IMG/VR virus record: IMGVR_UViG_3300007961_000161
Strand: one strand, 5' to 3'
DNA length: 64,000 nucleotides
Source of the DNA: an uncultured virus (IMG/VR IMGVR_UViG_3300007961_000161)
Taxonomy: Duplodnaviria > Heunggongvirae > Uroviricota > Caudoviricetes
Shown piece by piece: positions 35,284 to 45,174 of this stretch. The first letter of the stretch is position 1, and each line of letters starts with the position of its first letter. The position numbers and the translations under genes are program-made. The notes beneath the pieces were generated by a model that made no database searches, was not told where the DNA came from, and saw nothing but the letters and a program-made list of their open reading frames with translations.

Positions 35284-37834
35284 AGGACAGCCTCCTTTGC
35301 TCGACCATGAGCTTTTCAAACTCCCGTTTCAAATCGTTCACTCCGGCCGTCAGTCCGTTGCGGACGGCTGCGTAGACATCAGCTTCCTTGCCCTGTCCCT
35401 GTATGCTGATGTTCGGAGAAAACGTGATATTCATTCCCGATGGTCCTCGATTCGGAAGGAGTGAATCCAGCCTGTCGAGGGGGATGACCGCCTCCGGTCC
35501 CTTGCCTTCGCCTATCATGGAGAGCACGGGCGCGGTGGCGATTCCGCCTTCAGCCAGCTTCGGTATCTGCGGTATTTCGATGCCGAACTTCTTGCCCATG
35601 ATCTCGACGTTGGCGAAGCTGTTGAAACCGCCGATCGCCTGGTTGACCATGTCGATGACTGCGTTCAGCGGAGCCTTGACCATCTCCACCAGCCCGCCCC
35701 AGACATTGGAGAAGGCGGACTTGATGCCGGTCCATGCATTCGCCCATCCCGTGCCGAAAACCGAGCCGACGAAATCAACGATCCCGTTCAGCATGGCCTT
35801 CATGCTTTCGATGGGAGAAGCCAGCGCGGAAAACGCAGCGGATGCCGCGTTGCCGAGTCCACTCCAGACCGCCGACCATCTCTGGGTGAACAAGGTCTGG
35901 ACGAAGGTGACGATGCCGTTGAGCATGATTTTCAGTGAGTCCATCGGCGCCGTGATCATGGATAACGCCGTGCTGACGGCGGGGGCGATTCCGCTCCATA
36001 CCGATGACCAGCCTCCAGAAAACACCGAGCCAACGAACTGGATGATTCCATTCAACATCGACTTCAGCGTTTCGAATGGTCCGCTCATGGCGGATATTGC
36101 CATGCTTACCATGTTCCCGAGGCTATTCCAGGCGGACGTGAATCCGTCAGCCAGCCATGATCCGAAAGCCTTCATGCCCGCGAACACCCTGTCCACCATC
36201 TGGCGGAACGGCTCGAACTCGCCGTAGGCGTAGATCGCCGCAGCGGTCAATGCGCCCAGGGCGGTCACGACCAGCCCGATGGGGCTCGCTGCCATCACCA
36301 TGTTGAGGGCGAGGAACGGAACCTTCGCCAGGGCGACCGCCATCTGCAGGGTCTTGAACGCCGTCACCGCGGGGATGATGGCGACGGCGATTCCGGCAAT
36401 GGCTGCGGCTCCGGCGATGAGGATGTTGGACAGCGTCCTGTGGTTGTCCATCCAGTCCCTGATGCCGCCGATGACGTCGGTCACTTTCTGCATGAATGCC
36501 CGGAGCGCAGGCTGGACGCGCTCGTAAATGGTAAGCTGAAGCGCCTCGTACACGGAGCCGAGGACTTTAACATCGCCGGCGAGGTTGTAGTTCTGCTTGG
36601 TCGCCACTTCCGCTGCGGAGCCCTGCCTGTAGAGCGACTTTTCATATTCCTGCAGGGATCCGGATGCCGCCTGCTTCATCAGCACGTTGGCCGCGGACAA
36701 TGCTTCCGTCCCGAAGATGACGGCGGTGGCGCGCATCCTTCCCGCCTGCGACAGCTTTTCCTCAGCCTTGGAGATGTCGGCGAGGATGTCCGGCATGGAG
36801 CGGAGGTTGCCGTTGGCGTCCTTGGTGGATACGCCGAGGGCATCCAGTGCCGCCTGCGTTTCCTTCCTCGGCTTCGCCAGCCTGACCATCATGGCGCGGA
36901 GCGCTGTGCCAGCCATCGATCCCTGGATGCCTGCGTCATGCAGCTTGCCGGCCATGGCGGCGGTCTGCTCCAGGGAGGAGCCGAACGCCACGGCGGTCGG
37001 GGCGACATATTTCATGGTTTCGCCCAGCATCGACAGGTCGGAGTTGGAGGACGTGAAGGTGTTTACCAGCACGTCGCCGACCCTGTTCATTTCCTCCGCC
37101 TTGAGGTTGAAGCCCGACAGGATGTTGGAGGAGATGTCCGCGGCGCGTCCGAGGTCTATGGCTCCGGCGGAAGCCAGGGACAGCATCCCAGGCATGGCCT
37201 TCATGGTGTTCTCCGTGGAGAAGCCTGCCATCGCAAGGTACTGCATACCCTGGGCCGCCTGCGATGCGGACCATTCAGTTTCCGCGCCAAGCTGCTTCGC
37301 CTGGGCCGTCAGCTTCGCCATGTCCTCCTGGGATGCGCGGCTGATGGCTCCGACCTTGGACATCTGCTGCTCGAAGGACATGCCGGATGAAACCGCAGAG
37401 CCGAGGGTGGCTCCTATGGCGATTCCCCCTCCCATGCCCGCCGTGATCTTCCGGCTGTTATCGGAGAATTTGCTCCTTGCCTTCTGTATCCGTTCCAGCC
37501 GCGCAAGCTCGGCATTGGCCTTGCGCTGCGCTGCTTCCCATTCCCGCACGGAAGTTCCGTAGCGGGATGCTTCCCGTGCCGCTTTCTCGTATTGGGCGGT
37601 GACCCGCTGAAGCTGCTTTTCCAGTCCCTGTTCGCCTGCGGCGGCGCGGGATTCCAGGTCGGCTTTCTTCGCTGCAAGCTCCAGGACTTTCCCTGTGGCG
37701 GACGCCGTCTGTCCCACGGACTTTATCTTTCCGTTGAGCCCGTCGAACTTCTGCGTCACGCTCCCGAGGGAGGACATGACGGAGGAAGCGAGCACGGCTC
37801 CTATGGTGATTTCGACTCCGAGGCTGCGGGACAT
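35276..37834 (-). CDS. Tail tape measure protein
   Basis: FEQQMSKVGAIS, YLAMAGF, LGETMKYVAP, GIQGSMAGTALR; W-spaced repeats. Confidence 0.95.
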   Translation of the reverse strand: MSRSLGVEITIGAVLASSVMSSLGSVTQKFDGLNGKIKSVGQTASATGKVLELAAKKADLESRAAAGEQGLEKQLQRVTAQYEKAAREASRYGTSVREWEAAQRKANAELARLERIQKARSKFSDNSRKITAGMGGGIAIGATLGSAVSSGMSFEQQMSKVGAISRASQEDMAKLTAQAKQLGAETEWSASQAAQGMQYLAMAGFSTENTMKAMPGMLSLASAGAIDLGRAADISSNILSGFNLKAEEMNRVGDVLVNTFTSSNSDLSMLGETMKYVAPTAVAFGSSLEQTAAMAGKLHDAGIQGSMAGTALRAMMVRLAKPRKETQAALDALGVSTKDANGNLRSMPDILADISKAEEKLSQAGRMRATAVIFGTEALSAANVLMKQAASGSLQEYEKSLYRQGSAAEVATKQNYNLAGDVKVLGSVYEALQLTIYERVQPALRAFMQKVTDVIGGIRDWMDNHRTLSNILIAGAAAIAGIAVAIIPAVTAFKTLQMAVALAKVPFLALNMVMAASPIGLVVTALGALTAAAIYAYGEFEPFRQMVDRVFAGMKAFGSWLADGFTSAWNSLGNMVSMAISAMSGPFETLKSMLNGIIQFVGSVFSGGWSSVWSGIAPAVSTALSMITAPMDSLKIMLNGIVTFVQTLFTQRWSAVWSGLGNAASAAFSALASPIESMKAMLNGIVDFVGSVFGTGWANAWTGIKSAFSNVWGGLVEMVKAPLNAVIDMVNQAIGGFNSFANVEIMGKKFGIEIPQIPKLAEGGIATAPVLSMIGEGKGPEAVIPLDRLDSLLPNRGPSGMNITFSPNISIQGQGKEADVYAAVRNGLTAGVNDLKREFEKLMVEQRRLSYA

Positions 37835-37907
37835 GACAATGCTGCTCCTGAAACTATATTTGCCTTGAGAAAGGACTTAGCCTATTTTGGTTACGAGGAG
37901 ATTTCCC

Positions 37908-38504
37908 ATGCAAAGCGAAACCTCAATAGAAATCCTTGGTTCAAACGTAAGAATCGATGATGAAAACGGCATAATCCCCGCCGGCTTTCTGCGTTCTCCT
38001 TTGCCCGCGGATATAAAAGTCATCGTTCAAGCCCGTCATGAACGCTTTGAATCGTATAAATATCCACTGACCACTCTTGACATTGCCTTGCTGTGCGGCG
38101 ATGGATCGCCATTTTTTGCCAGGAAGCTGGATAATTCCTGTTATCCCGATGGCGATTCCGAAGAACACGAAGCATTGTTTTTTAGCTTCAACACATGGAG
38201 GATTCTTGCATTTGCTGAAACAGACATCAGCAGCAAGCCAGGAATGAATGTTTCATTAAACGACAGATTCAATGATGAAATATGCGCCGAGAACGTTGAT
38301 GGCGGCATTGTCATGAGCGTCGGGATCGATGAAGTTTTCTTTGGTGAAACTATTGCTGCTGACTGCGATGCCATTTTCATTGAGTTTGATGTCAGCTATG
38401 AAGCATTCAGTGCTTTTGTCCGGCGGCTGAAGGAAACTATTCCCGCATCAATACTGCCTCTGGCGGAAGCCACTTGGAAAGAAGTGCAAGCGGAAGGCAT
38501 CTAG
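37908..38504 (+). CDS. Hypothetical acidic protein (moron)
   Basis: GAGGAG RBS before MQSETS; lower GC; opposite strand. Confidence 0.7.
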   Translation: MQSETSIEILGSNVRIDDENGIIPAGFLRSPLPADIKVIVQARHERFESYKYPLTTLDIALLCGDGSPFFARKLDNSCYPDGDSEEHEALFFSFNTWRILAFAETDISSKPGMNVSLNDRFNDEICAENVDGGIVMSVGIDEVFFGETIAADCDAIFIEFDVSYEAFSAFVRRLKETIPASILPLAEATWKEVQAEGI

Positions 38505-38542
38505 CAGCCGCTGGATTTTTCGTTCGCTCCCATAAATAGCGC

Positions 38543-38686
38543 TCATTGCTTCCTTCGGCATTCATGCCCGATTGCATCTATCCACTCTCCAAGTTCGTCC
38601 AGCGGGATGGAGAGGATGTCGTTCCGCCCCCATCCCGTGACCATCGACAGCCGGACGCACAGGCGCATGGCGTCAGATTTCGGCAT
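38543..38686 (-). CDS. GpE'-like small tail assembly protein
   Basis: LSMVTGWGRNDILSIPLDELGEWI; follows the chaperone gene. Confidence 0.7.
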   Translation of the reverse strand: MPKSDAMRLCVRLSMVTGWGRNDILSIPLDELGEWIDAIGHECRRKQ

Positions 38687-38930
38687 CAGCGAGAAATCGC
38701 GCCAGCCCGGCCTGCAGGGACATATAGTCCGACAGGTCGAGCAGATGGAGGTCGTCGATGACCAGTCCACAAAGCCTCGCTATCAGCTTGGTCTCCCCGG
38801 CGATGTCCTGAGTGCCGGGCTTTACGCCGGCGGCTATCACGTCGCCCACGGTCGGGCGGCGCAGCGTGACTTTCTCAAGGATGGTCCCATCTCCGAGCGT
38901 GACGGGGTGCTTCAGCTTTATCGTTTCCAT
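38673..38930 (-). CDS. Tail assembly chaperone
   Basis: IKLKHPV, TLRRPTVGD, LIARLCG, LDLSDY. Confidence 0.88.
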   Translation of the reverse strand: METIKLKHPVTLGDGTILEKVTLRRPTVGDVIAAGVKPGTQDIAGETKLIARLCGLVIDDLHLLDLSDYMSLQAGLARFLADAEI

Positions 38931-38938
38931 GATCCCTC

Positions 38939-39472
38939 CTAGTTCAGCCCGAGGTCGGCGCGGACGGATGCAAGCACGTCATTCCCGCCGAAGGAGCAGA
39001 TGTAGTTGTACTTGTCTATCTCGCAGACTTCCTTCCCGTTGATCAGCAGCTTGAGGTACAGGACTTCGAATTCGTTGCTGGTGTCCGTCGCCGATCCCGG
39101 CTCGAAGGAGCCGAGGGACAGCGTCTTGGGGACGACCCGCAGCACTGCACGGACGGGAACGGTCGCATACGTGCCGTGGGCGGCGTCGTAGTTCTGCTGG
39201 GAGCCGCGCACCTCCAGGGTGTGCGACTGCTGCTTCGCAAGGGAAAGGACATCGCCCTCGATGGTGCGCCATGTCAGGGTGCAGGTCATGCTGCCGAAAT
39301 GGCCGAGGACCGGCGAATCCACCTCGCCGGCGATCCCCGCGCCGCTGACCGTGTCGGTCATCGCCGATATCTCCGGCAATTCCACGGTGGCGATTCCGAG
39401 AAGGTCCTTATTGTCGTTGAACACCCGGAAGTTCACTAGGCGTTCGGGTATGCTGTTGCTTCCTTTCGCCAT
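38939..39472 (-). CDS. Major tail tube protein
   Basis: VELPEI, GAGIAGEVD, EIDKYN. Confidence 0.92.
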   Translation of the reverse strand: MAKGSNSIPERLVNFRVFNDNKDLLGIATVELPEISAMTDTVSGAGIAGEVDSPVLGHFGSMTCTLTWRTIEGDVLSLAKQQSHTLEVRGSQQNYDAAHGTYATVPVRAVLRVVPKTLSLGSFEPGSATDTSNEFEVLYLKLLINGKEVCEIDKYNYICSFGGNDVLASVRADLGLN

Positions 39473-39480
39473 GATCCCTC

Positions 39481-41022
39481 CTATGCGAACAGGCTGTTCA
39501 GATAGTTCGCGTCATATTCCAAAACGAAGTCGATTTCCCTGTTAGGCGAAGGCGGCGTCACGTAGACATGGAAGGTGGCGATTCCGTCCAGCAATGCCGT
39601 GACGGGATTTTCCTCCTCGTTGAACTCCACGCGCCCGCCGAGGATATACTGCCTCGCCGCCAGCCCGTTCAGCCAGATGTTCGCCGAGTCCGTGATCGTC
39701 TGCACCTGCCGCTTGTTCAGCGGGTAGTCCACGCGCTGCCAGAATGTCTGGATCAGCGTGTTGCCCAGCCAGTTAAACATCCTCCTGACGGGAATGAAGG
39801 CGTCCTTCACGTCCGTGTTCCCCGGATAGCAGGCGGTCCTGCTTCCCCAGGCTTTCCATCCGCCTATGAAGCATTGCGCCGTGACGATTCCCTGTCCGTT
39901 GAGGTAGCTGGCGGTCTCGTTGTTCAGCCAGACCTCGGAGCCGTCGGCAAGGACGGTCGCCGTGCAATGGAAGGACTTGTTGCTCGGCGAAACATACGGG
40001 ACGTCGCCGTTTTCGGAATCCGTCAGGGCCATCAGTCCGGCAAGCGCCGTGCTCATGTGGAAGGCGGTGCCGTCCAAGGAAAGCAGCGGCCAGCAGGCGA
40101 TCTGATGGGTGGAGGAAACTCCGCGGGTGTTTTTCCATTCGTATGCGGCGGAATACTGCTTCACGGCATCCGCGGGGATGTCTATGGCGCTGACCGCCTT
40201 GAACAGCCCGTTGATGCCGACGCACTTCGCCGCCATGACAGCCGCCACGGAAGGATTCTCCGAATAGCCGGGGGCGATGAGCGTTCCGGGAAGGATGCCA
40301 AGCTTGGGGAACACGTCGTCTATGAGTTCCCAGCCGCGCTTGGTCCCGTCGGCGGAAACGCCGCCGATGATGTCGTCCGCGGTCACGGCGGAGGGGTCGG
40401 TCACCATCGCCTCCACGGTCAGCTTCGTCGCCGTGGGGATGCGGCATTCACCGTCGATGCCGAAGATGCCGGACACCACGATCTTCCCCTCGTCATCGAA
40501 GGCGATCTCGTAATCGGTGCCGCGGGTGTAGGTCGTGATGATGGGCTCGGCGAGTTCTTCTCCTTCCTGGCTTTCCCCGCCTTCCTCTTCCTCCGGGGTC
40601 TCGACACTCGACAGCACGAAGGTGTCAGGTATGATGCCCGCCGCATCTACGGTGCCCGTCCCGTTGATGTCTATCTCGACTTCCGTTGCCGAACAGGACT
40701 TGCGGTGCCTTGCAGGATCCAGGACGTTGACCACGATGAGCGGCGAAACGCCGTAGAGGGCGAAGCAGGAATAAACCGCCTCGCATATCGAGTAGTCATA
40801 TTTCTTCAGCCCGGATGCAGCATCCAGCGCGGGCGGGACGTAGCCGAAGGCGGCGACCGCCTCGGCATAGGTGCTGACCATCGTGAGCCGGTTGACATTG
40901 GATGCGTCAGCCATCGCCACGGGAGCCGTGCCGACCACCATCGGTATGCCCGCGTCCACGGTCACGGGAGGCAGGACGGACGTCGCGGCCTCCGATACGT
41001 ATACGCCATGCTTGTAAGCCAT
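39481..41022 (-). CDS. Tail sheath protein
   Basis: MAYKHGVYVSE, VNVLDP, YVSPSN, YLNGQGI, WGSRT. Confidence 0.93.
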   Translation of the reverse strand: MAYKHGVYVSEAATSVLPPVTVDAGIPMVVGTAPVAMADASNVNRLTMVSTYAEAVAAFGYVPPALDAASGLKKYDYSICEAVYSCFALYGVSPLIVVNVLDPARHRKSCSATEVEIDINGTGTVDAAGIIPDTFVLSSVETPEEEEGGESQEGEELAEPIITTYTRGTDYEIAFDDEGKIVVSGIFGIDGECRIPTATKLTVEAMVTDPSAVTADDIIGGVSADGTKRGWELIDDVFPKLGILPGTLIAPGYSENPSVAAVMAAKCVGINGLFKAVSAIDIPADAVKQYSAAYEWKNTRGVSSTHQIACWPLLSLDGTAFHMSTALAGLMALTDSENGDVPYVSPSNKSFHCTATVLADGSEVWLNNETASYLNGQGIVTAQCFIGGWKAWGSRTACYPGNTDVKDAFIPVRRMFNWLGNTLIQTFWQRVDYPLNKRQVQTITDSANIWLNGLAARQYILGGRVEFNEEENPVTALLDGIATFHVYVTPPSPNREIDFVLEYDANYLNSLFA

Positions 41023-41261
41023 TATTCCTCCCTGTATGCCGCGAGCACGGCGGCGATGCGGGTGTTGACGGCGGTCCCCTTGCGGAGTGCAGCCGCCCTT
41101 GATTCCGTAGTTTTCGACACGGGCACGATGAGGCCCGCGATGTCAGCGCACTTTTCCACGGCGGATGCAGCGGAAGGCGTGAGCCCGCCGTTGAATACCA
41201 TTCCGAAATGCAGCCCCCACCTTGGCAGGGAGGGACCGATATAGATTCTCAGTTCAGTCAA
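41022..41261 (-). CDS. Small hypothetical tail-region protein
   Basis: IYIGPSLP motif; likely TTG start after GGAGG. Confidence 0.6.
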   Translation of the reverse strand: MTELRIYIGPSLPRWGLHFGMVFNGGLTPSAASAVEKCADIAGLIVPVSKTTESRAAALRKGTAVNTRIAAVLAAYREE

Positions 41262-41703
41262 CGCGGTCCTCCGGCGTCCTGAAAGTCCATGCGGTATGCA
41301 GGACGGATACCCATGCCGGGTATGCCTGGTCCTGCGCCATCTCCCATTCCATGCCCTCGTCAAGAACGAACCGGGACTGGAGTATCCCCCAGTGAAGTTC
41401 GGCAAGGCTGTCGGCGATGCGGCGCATCATGTTCACGGCGAACTGCCATGCCGTTTCCTCACGTCCGAAACAGCCGCAGATGATGTCCACGGAGCAGGAA
41501 GTTCCTTCGCGTTCTATCCGTCCCGAAACGGGGCGGACGATGGCGAATGGATATTCATCGGAGTTGTCTGTCCTTTGCGCGGAAAGATATCCCTCAAAGA
41601 CACGTATTTCCTTTTCGCCGCCGCCGGCCGTTTCCAGCCGCATGGTCGCCAGCGCCTTCCGGACATGGCCGCATAGAGCCTTCGCCAGCAAGTTTTCCGT
41701 CAT
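41254..41703 (-). CDS. Putative tail terminator/completion protein
   Basis: YPFAIVRP; position upstream of the sheath. Confidence 0.6.
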   Translation of the reverse strand: MTENLLAKALCGHVRKALATMRLETAGGGEKEIRVFEGYLSAQRTDNSDEYPFAIVRPVSGRIEREGTSCSVDIICGCFGREETAWQFAVNMMRRIADSLAELHWGILQSRFVLDEGMEWEMAQDQAYPAWVSVLHTAWTFRTPEDRVD

Positions 41704-42278
41704 CTGATCTCTCCCTTGAGCACGCGCCCAAGATGGCGCAGCAGTTCAAGCTTTCCTTTTTCGCCGGCGTGATCCGCCAGCTTCTCCGCGTTTTCATGCT
41801 TCGCTACCGCCTGTATCGGCGATGCCGCCACCAGTCCTTCGGTCGAGATGGACCTGTCCTTCTTCGACTTGCGGTATCCGAGGATCACGCTCCCGTTTCC
41901 GGCACGGAACAGGAAGGTCTTCTGTCCTTCCGGTCCCTTCGCGTGGCGGAAGGATCCGCCTTTCTTCACGCGGACGGATACGCCTCCGGGAGGACGGCTG
42001 CCGGGCTTGCGGGGCCGCAGGTCGAAGTGCCGCAGCGGCTCTCCCACCTCGCCCGTGAACAGGACGGCGGCTTTATCCCCGGACAGCTTTACCTTGGCGC
42101 GTACTTTCTTTTTCGACTTCGCCGTGTATGCATCCCTGGCGATGGCGTTGCCTTCCGACTGCGCCGACCTTGCCGCATCCGAGCAGGCAAGGCGCATGGC
42201 TTTCCGCGTCTCCTTCGGGAAGCGCGAGAGCAGCACGGATTTGAGATGCTCCAAGCCTTCAAGGACGATCGCCTTCAT
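41700..42278 (-). CDS. Minor tail protein Z-like
   Basis: Basic protein with VSVRVKKGG; position between head and tail. Confidence 0.6.
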   Translation of the reverse strand: MKAIVLEGLEHLKSVLLSRFPKETRKAMRLACSDAARSAQSEGNAIARDAYTAKSKKKVRAKVKLSGDKAAVLFTGEVGEPLRHFDLRPRKPGSRPPGGVSVRVKKGGSFRHAKGPEGQKTFLFRAGNGSVILGYRKSKKDRSISTEGLVAASPIQAVAKHENAEKLADHAGEKGKLELLRHLGRVLKGEIR

Positions 42279-42280
42279 CG

Positions 42281-42589
42281 CTATCTCCTCAGGACCAGCC
42301 TGACATTCCCGCTGGCGTCCTGCCCGACATCGGAAACGGTGAACCTCATCCCCCGTGCCATGACGGTGTCGCCGGGGACAGCCTCAACCTGTCCGGGACG
42401 GTATTCCAGGATCCATTCCGAAAGCTCTCCGGCGCCCGCGTCGTTTTCGATGAAATCATGCCCCCCGATGAGCCTTTCCCCGAGCAGGCCGGCCACGACC
42501 GTCTCGCCGTTGGCTGTGCGCACCGTGACCGGCTCCGTCAGCAGGCTGAACACGGGAGTGTTCACCAGGTGCAGGATGTCGGGGAACAT
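42281..42589 (-). CDS. Putative head-tail joining protein
   Basis: Directly after the capsid gene; small beta-rich protein. Confidence 0.55.
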   Translation of the reverse strand: MFPDILHLVNTPVFSLLTEPVTVRTANGETVVAGLLGERLIGGHDFIENDAGAGELSEWILEYRPGQVEAVPGDTVMARGMRFTVSDVGQDASGNVRLVLRR

Positions 42590-43614
42590 CAGTTGCTCGA
42601 ATGGATGCGGACCGTCAGCGCGGGGCGCTTCACGACCGGCAGCGGATTGGACTGCGTGAAGATGTCGATGCCAGTGCCGTCATCCCGGAGCATCTGCTTC
42701 GCATACAGTTCCTCGCCGTAGGTGCCGACGCACTCCATGTAGTTCGCCGGGGCGAAGAACGTGGAGAACGTGTCGGTCGTCCCCAGCGGGAAGGCGATGC
42801 CTTCGCCGGCGGGAATCAGCTTGGCGCTGGTCCCGTTGGCAAGCGTCACCGTGCCGGCGTATTCCACGAACAGGATGTCGCCGAACCTGAATCCCTTACG
42901 CAGGTCGTTGCGGAGGGGGTTGGCACCCTCGCTGACCTGCTGGTACTTGTAGGCTTCCTTCACGGCGCTGTGCCGGATGAGCTTGTCGAAGAATCCGGGG
43001 GAGACGAGAGCCATGATCCCGCTCATGGATTCGCCGTGCAGGCTGTCTTCCAGGTGCCGGGCAATCTCCCTGCACTTCTCGACGACGTCCGTCCCCGAAG
43101 TGCCGAGGACGAAGTCCTCCTGGAAGCGCGTGATTCCGAATTCGCTGAACCAGTCGTAGATGACGTTTCCGTCGCCGTCCCTGGTCACGCCGGCAAGGGC
43201 GCTCGCCATCATGTACTCCAGCGTCTGGGCATGGCGGAGGCGCATCCTCGCCAGCTTCCTCGCCATGACCGTGGCGATGGCGTCCTCGCCGTTTTCCATG
43301 CCGAAGGCGCGGATGCCCTGAACTTCCTCCGGGAGCACCACGTCGTTATGCGGGATGTGCGGAATGGAGAAGCTGCGCACGGTGCGCCTGTCCGAAGTGC
43401 CGACGGTCGCCGGGCTTCCCACGGGGCGGGAAGGCAAGAGCCTGAGTTCGCCTTCCGCCATTTCAAGGATGACGGTGCGCTGGCTGACCGGCTCCGGGCT
43501 GAACAGCCCGAGCTGCTGGATTTTCCCATAGGTGTTCGGGATCAGGTTTATCGCCCTGGTCATGTGCGCGAGGGTGAAGCCCCCCGCGTCAAACGGATTT
43601 ACGATCACTGCCAT
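42589..43614 (-). CDS. Major capsid protein (lambda E family)
   Basis: AINLIPNTYG, IPHIPHND, TLEYM, TQSNPLP. Confidence 0.93.
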   Translation of the reverse strand: MAVIVNPFDAGGFTLAHMTRAINLIPNTYGKIQQLGLFSPEPVSQRTVILEMAEGELRLLPSRPVGSPATVGTSDRRTVRSFSIPHIPHNDVVLPEEVQGIRAFGMENGEDAIATVMARKLARMRLRHAQTLEYMMASALAGVTRDGDGNVIYDWFSEFGITRFQEDFVLGTSGTDVVEKCREIARHLEDSLHGESMSGIMALVSPGFFDKLIRHSAVKEAYKYQQVSEGANPLRNDLRKGFRFGDILFVEYAGTVTLANGTSAKLIPAGEGIAFPLGTTDTFSTFFAPANYMECVGTYGEELYAKQMLRDDGTGIDIFTQSNPLPVVKRPALTVRIHSSN

Positions 43615-43624
43615 GGAACATCTC

Positions 43625-44014
43625 CTATATGGCTTCGCGGGTCGCAATGCCGAGAGCGGCAAGCTGCGCCTGCTTTTCCTGTTTCAATGCGTCCGTGTTC
43701 ACGGATGCGTCATAGACGAGCTTGATATCGGCGACTATCGCCGGACCCCTTGCAAGGATGACGGCTTCGGTTGCCGCATCGCTTGCATCGATGTCCGAGA
43801 GGAGCACGGCGCATGCCGTTTCAGAGCCGTCCTCCCCTGTGGCCGGGGAAAGGGCATAGCTGCCTGTCGCCGTCACCTTGCCGAGCACGCTTCCCATCCT
43901 GTAGCCCGTTGCGGAATCCGCCAGCGTGACTACCTCGCGGCACGTTTCACGGCTGTACTCATGCTTGAGCAATTCGCCCAGCAGATCGGGGGATGTGAAT
44001 ATCTGTCCCATCAC
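43625..44014 (-). CDS. Head decoration protein
   Basis: GSVLGKVTATG, DGSETACAVL, LAALGI. Confidence 0.9.
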   Translation of the reverse strand: MMGQIFTSPDLLGELLKHEYSRETCREVVTLADSATGYRMGSVLGKVTATGSYALSPATGEDGSETACAVLLSDIDASDAATEAVILARGPAIVADIKLVYDASVNTDALKQEKQAQLAALGIATREAI

Positions 44015-45174
44015 TTGCCTCCATTGAGTTTTCTGACGGCGGCGATCAGCCTGTCATCGTTCTTAGGTGCGTCGGGCGATGCAACGGCCGCCACGATATC
44101 CGTTGAACGGTCAATCGCCGCCGCCTGCTCCAGGACCTGTTTTCTCAGTGCGTCCGGCGTGATGCCGTTCCGCATGGCTTCGGCGGGGTCGATGTCCACT
44201 CCCAGACGCTTCGCCTGCGCCGCGATGCCGTTAAGCTCCGTCATCCTTGAGATGGCGTCCGCTTCGATCTCCGCCTTGAGCTTTTCCATAGCCTCTTCGT
44301 TCATGGCTCCCTCCAGGGCATGAAAAAGGCGGCCCCGAGCCGCCTTGTTTTGATGTATGTACTCCGCCATCGCGTCATGCGCCTGGCGGAGCGTCCCGAC
44401 ATGGTCCGCGAAGCCGATGTCCACGGCATCCGCGCCCCTGTAGATTCCCGCTTCCGTGTTCCTGACAGCTTCCACTGGAAGATGCCTTGCCTCCGCGACC
44501 ATCGAGCAGAATTTTCCATACAGGGAATCAACGTCAGCCTGCAGGCGTTCCCTTGCCCCGTCCGAAAGCGACTCGTGGGGATTGCCTTCGGTCTTATGGG
44601 CGCCGCCATAGACGTAGGTGTAGGCCAGCCCCGCGTCGGCGTCGGCTTTCGACTGGTCGATGTGCAGCGCGACCACGCCAACGCTTCCCGCCTCGGCGGT
44701 CTGGGCCACCCATATCCTGTCTGCTGAACAGGCAATTCCGTATGCCGCGGACAATGCGGATTCATTGGCATGCGCCCATAGCGGCTTGCCCGTGGTCCCG
44801 GACATGGACCGCAATTCGGCGGCGAGGTCGAACAGTCCGGAAGCTTCGCCGCCGTATGAATCGATGTCCAGGAGGACGCCTGACACGGCGGGATCGGTGA
44901 AGGCGTCCTCCGCCATTTCAGCGATGTCCTGGTAGCTCGCAAAGCCGAGTATCTCAGAAAGAAGCGAGCCCCGGCGAACCAGCGTTCCCGTCACGGGAAG
45001 GATGGCGATGCCGGATTCCGTCACCCGGCATTGCCTTCCCATTGACAAAAGGGATGGCTTCACCAGTCCCGCAGGGCTAAGTTCCAGCAGGCCCGCCACG
45101 GCGTTCAGCTTCGCCGGGCATATCATCAGCGGCATTCCGCACAGCATCGGCTCCAGAGTTGGCGCGTCCGTCAT
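44011..45174 (-). CDS. S49 capsid maturation protease
   Basis: LDIDSYGGE, LSAAYGIA, GSVGVV, HKTEGNP. Confidence 0.93.
   Translation of the reverse strand: MTDAPTLEPMLCGMPLMICPAKLNAVAGLLELSPAGLVKPSLLSMGRQCRVTESGIAILPVTGTLVRRGSLLSEILGFASYQDIAEMAEDAFTDPAVSGVLLDIDSYGGEASGLFDLAAELRSMSGTTGKPLWAHANESALSAAYGIACSADRIWVAQTAEAGSVGVVALHIDQSKADADAGLAYTYVYGGAHKTEGNPHESLSDGARERLQADVDSLYGKFCSMVAEARHLPVEAVRNTEAGIYRGADAVDIGFADHVGTLRQAHDAMAEYIHQNKAARGRLFHALEGAMNEEAMEKLKAEIEADAISRMTELNGIAAQAKRLGVDIDPAEAMRNGITPDALRKQVLEQAAAIDRSTDIVAAVASPDAPKNDDRLIAAVRKLNGGK

Noticed and set aside
38543..38930. Programmed -1 frameshift in the tail chaperone
   Set aside because: The overlapping frame is open, but I see no canonical slippery heptamer and the second ORF has its own ATG; unresolved
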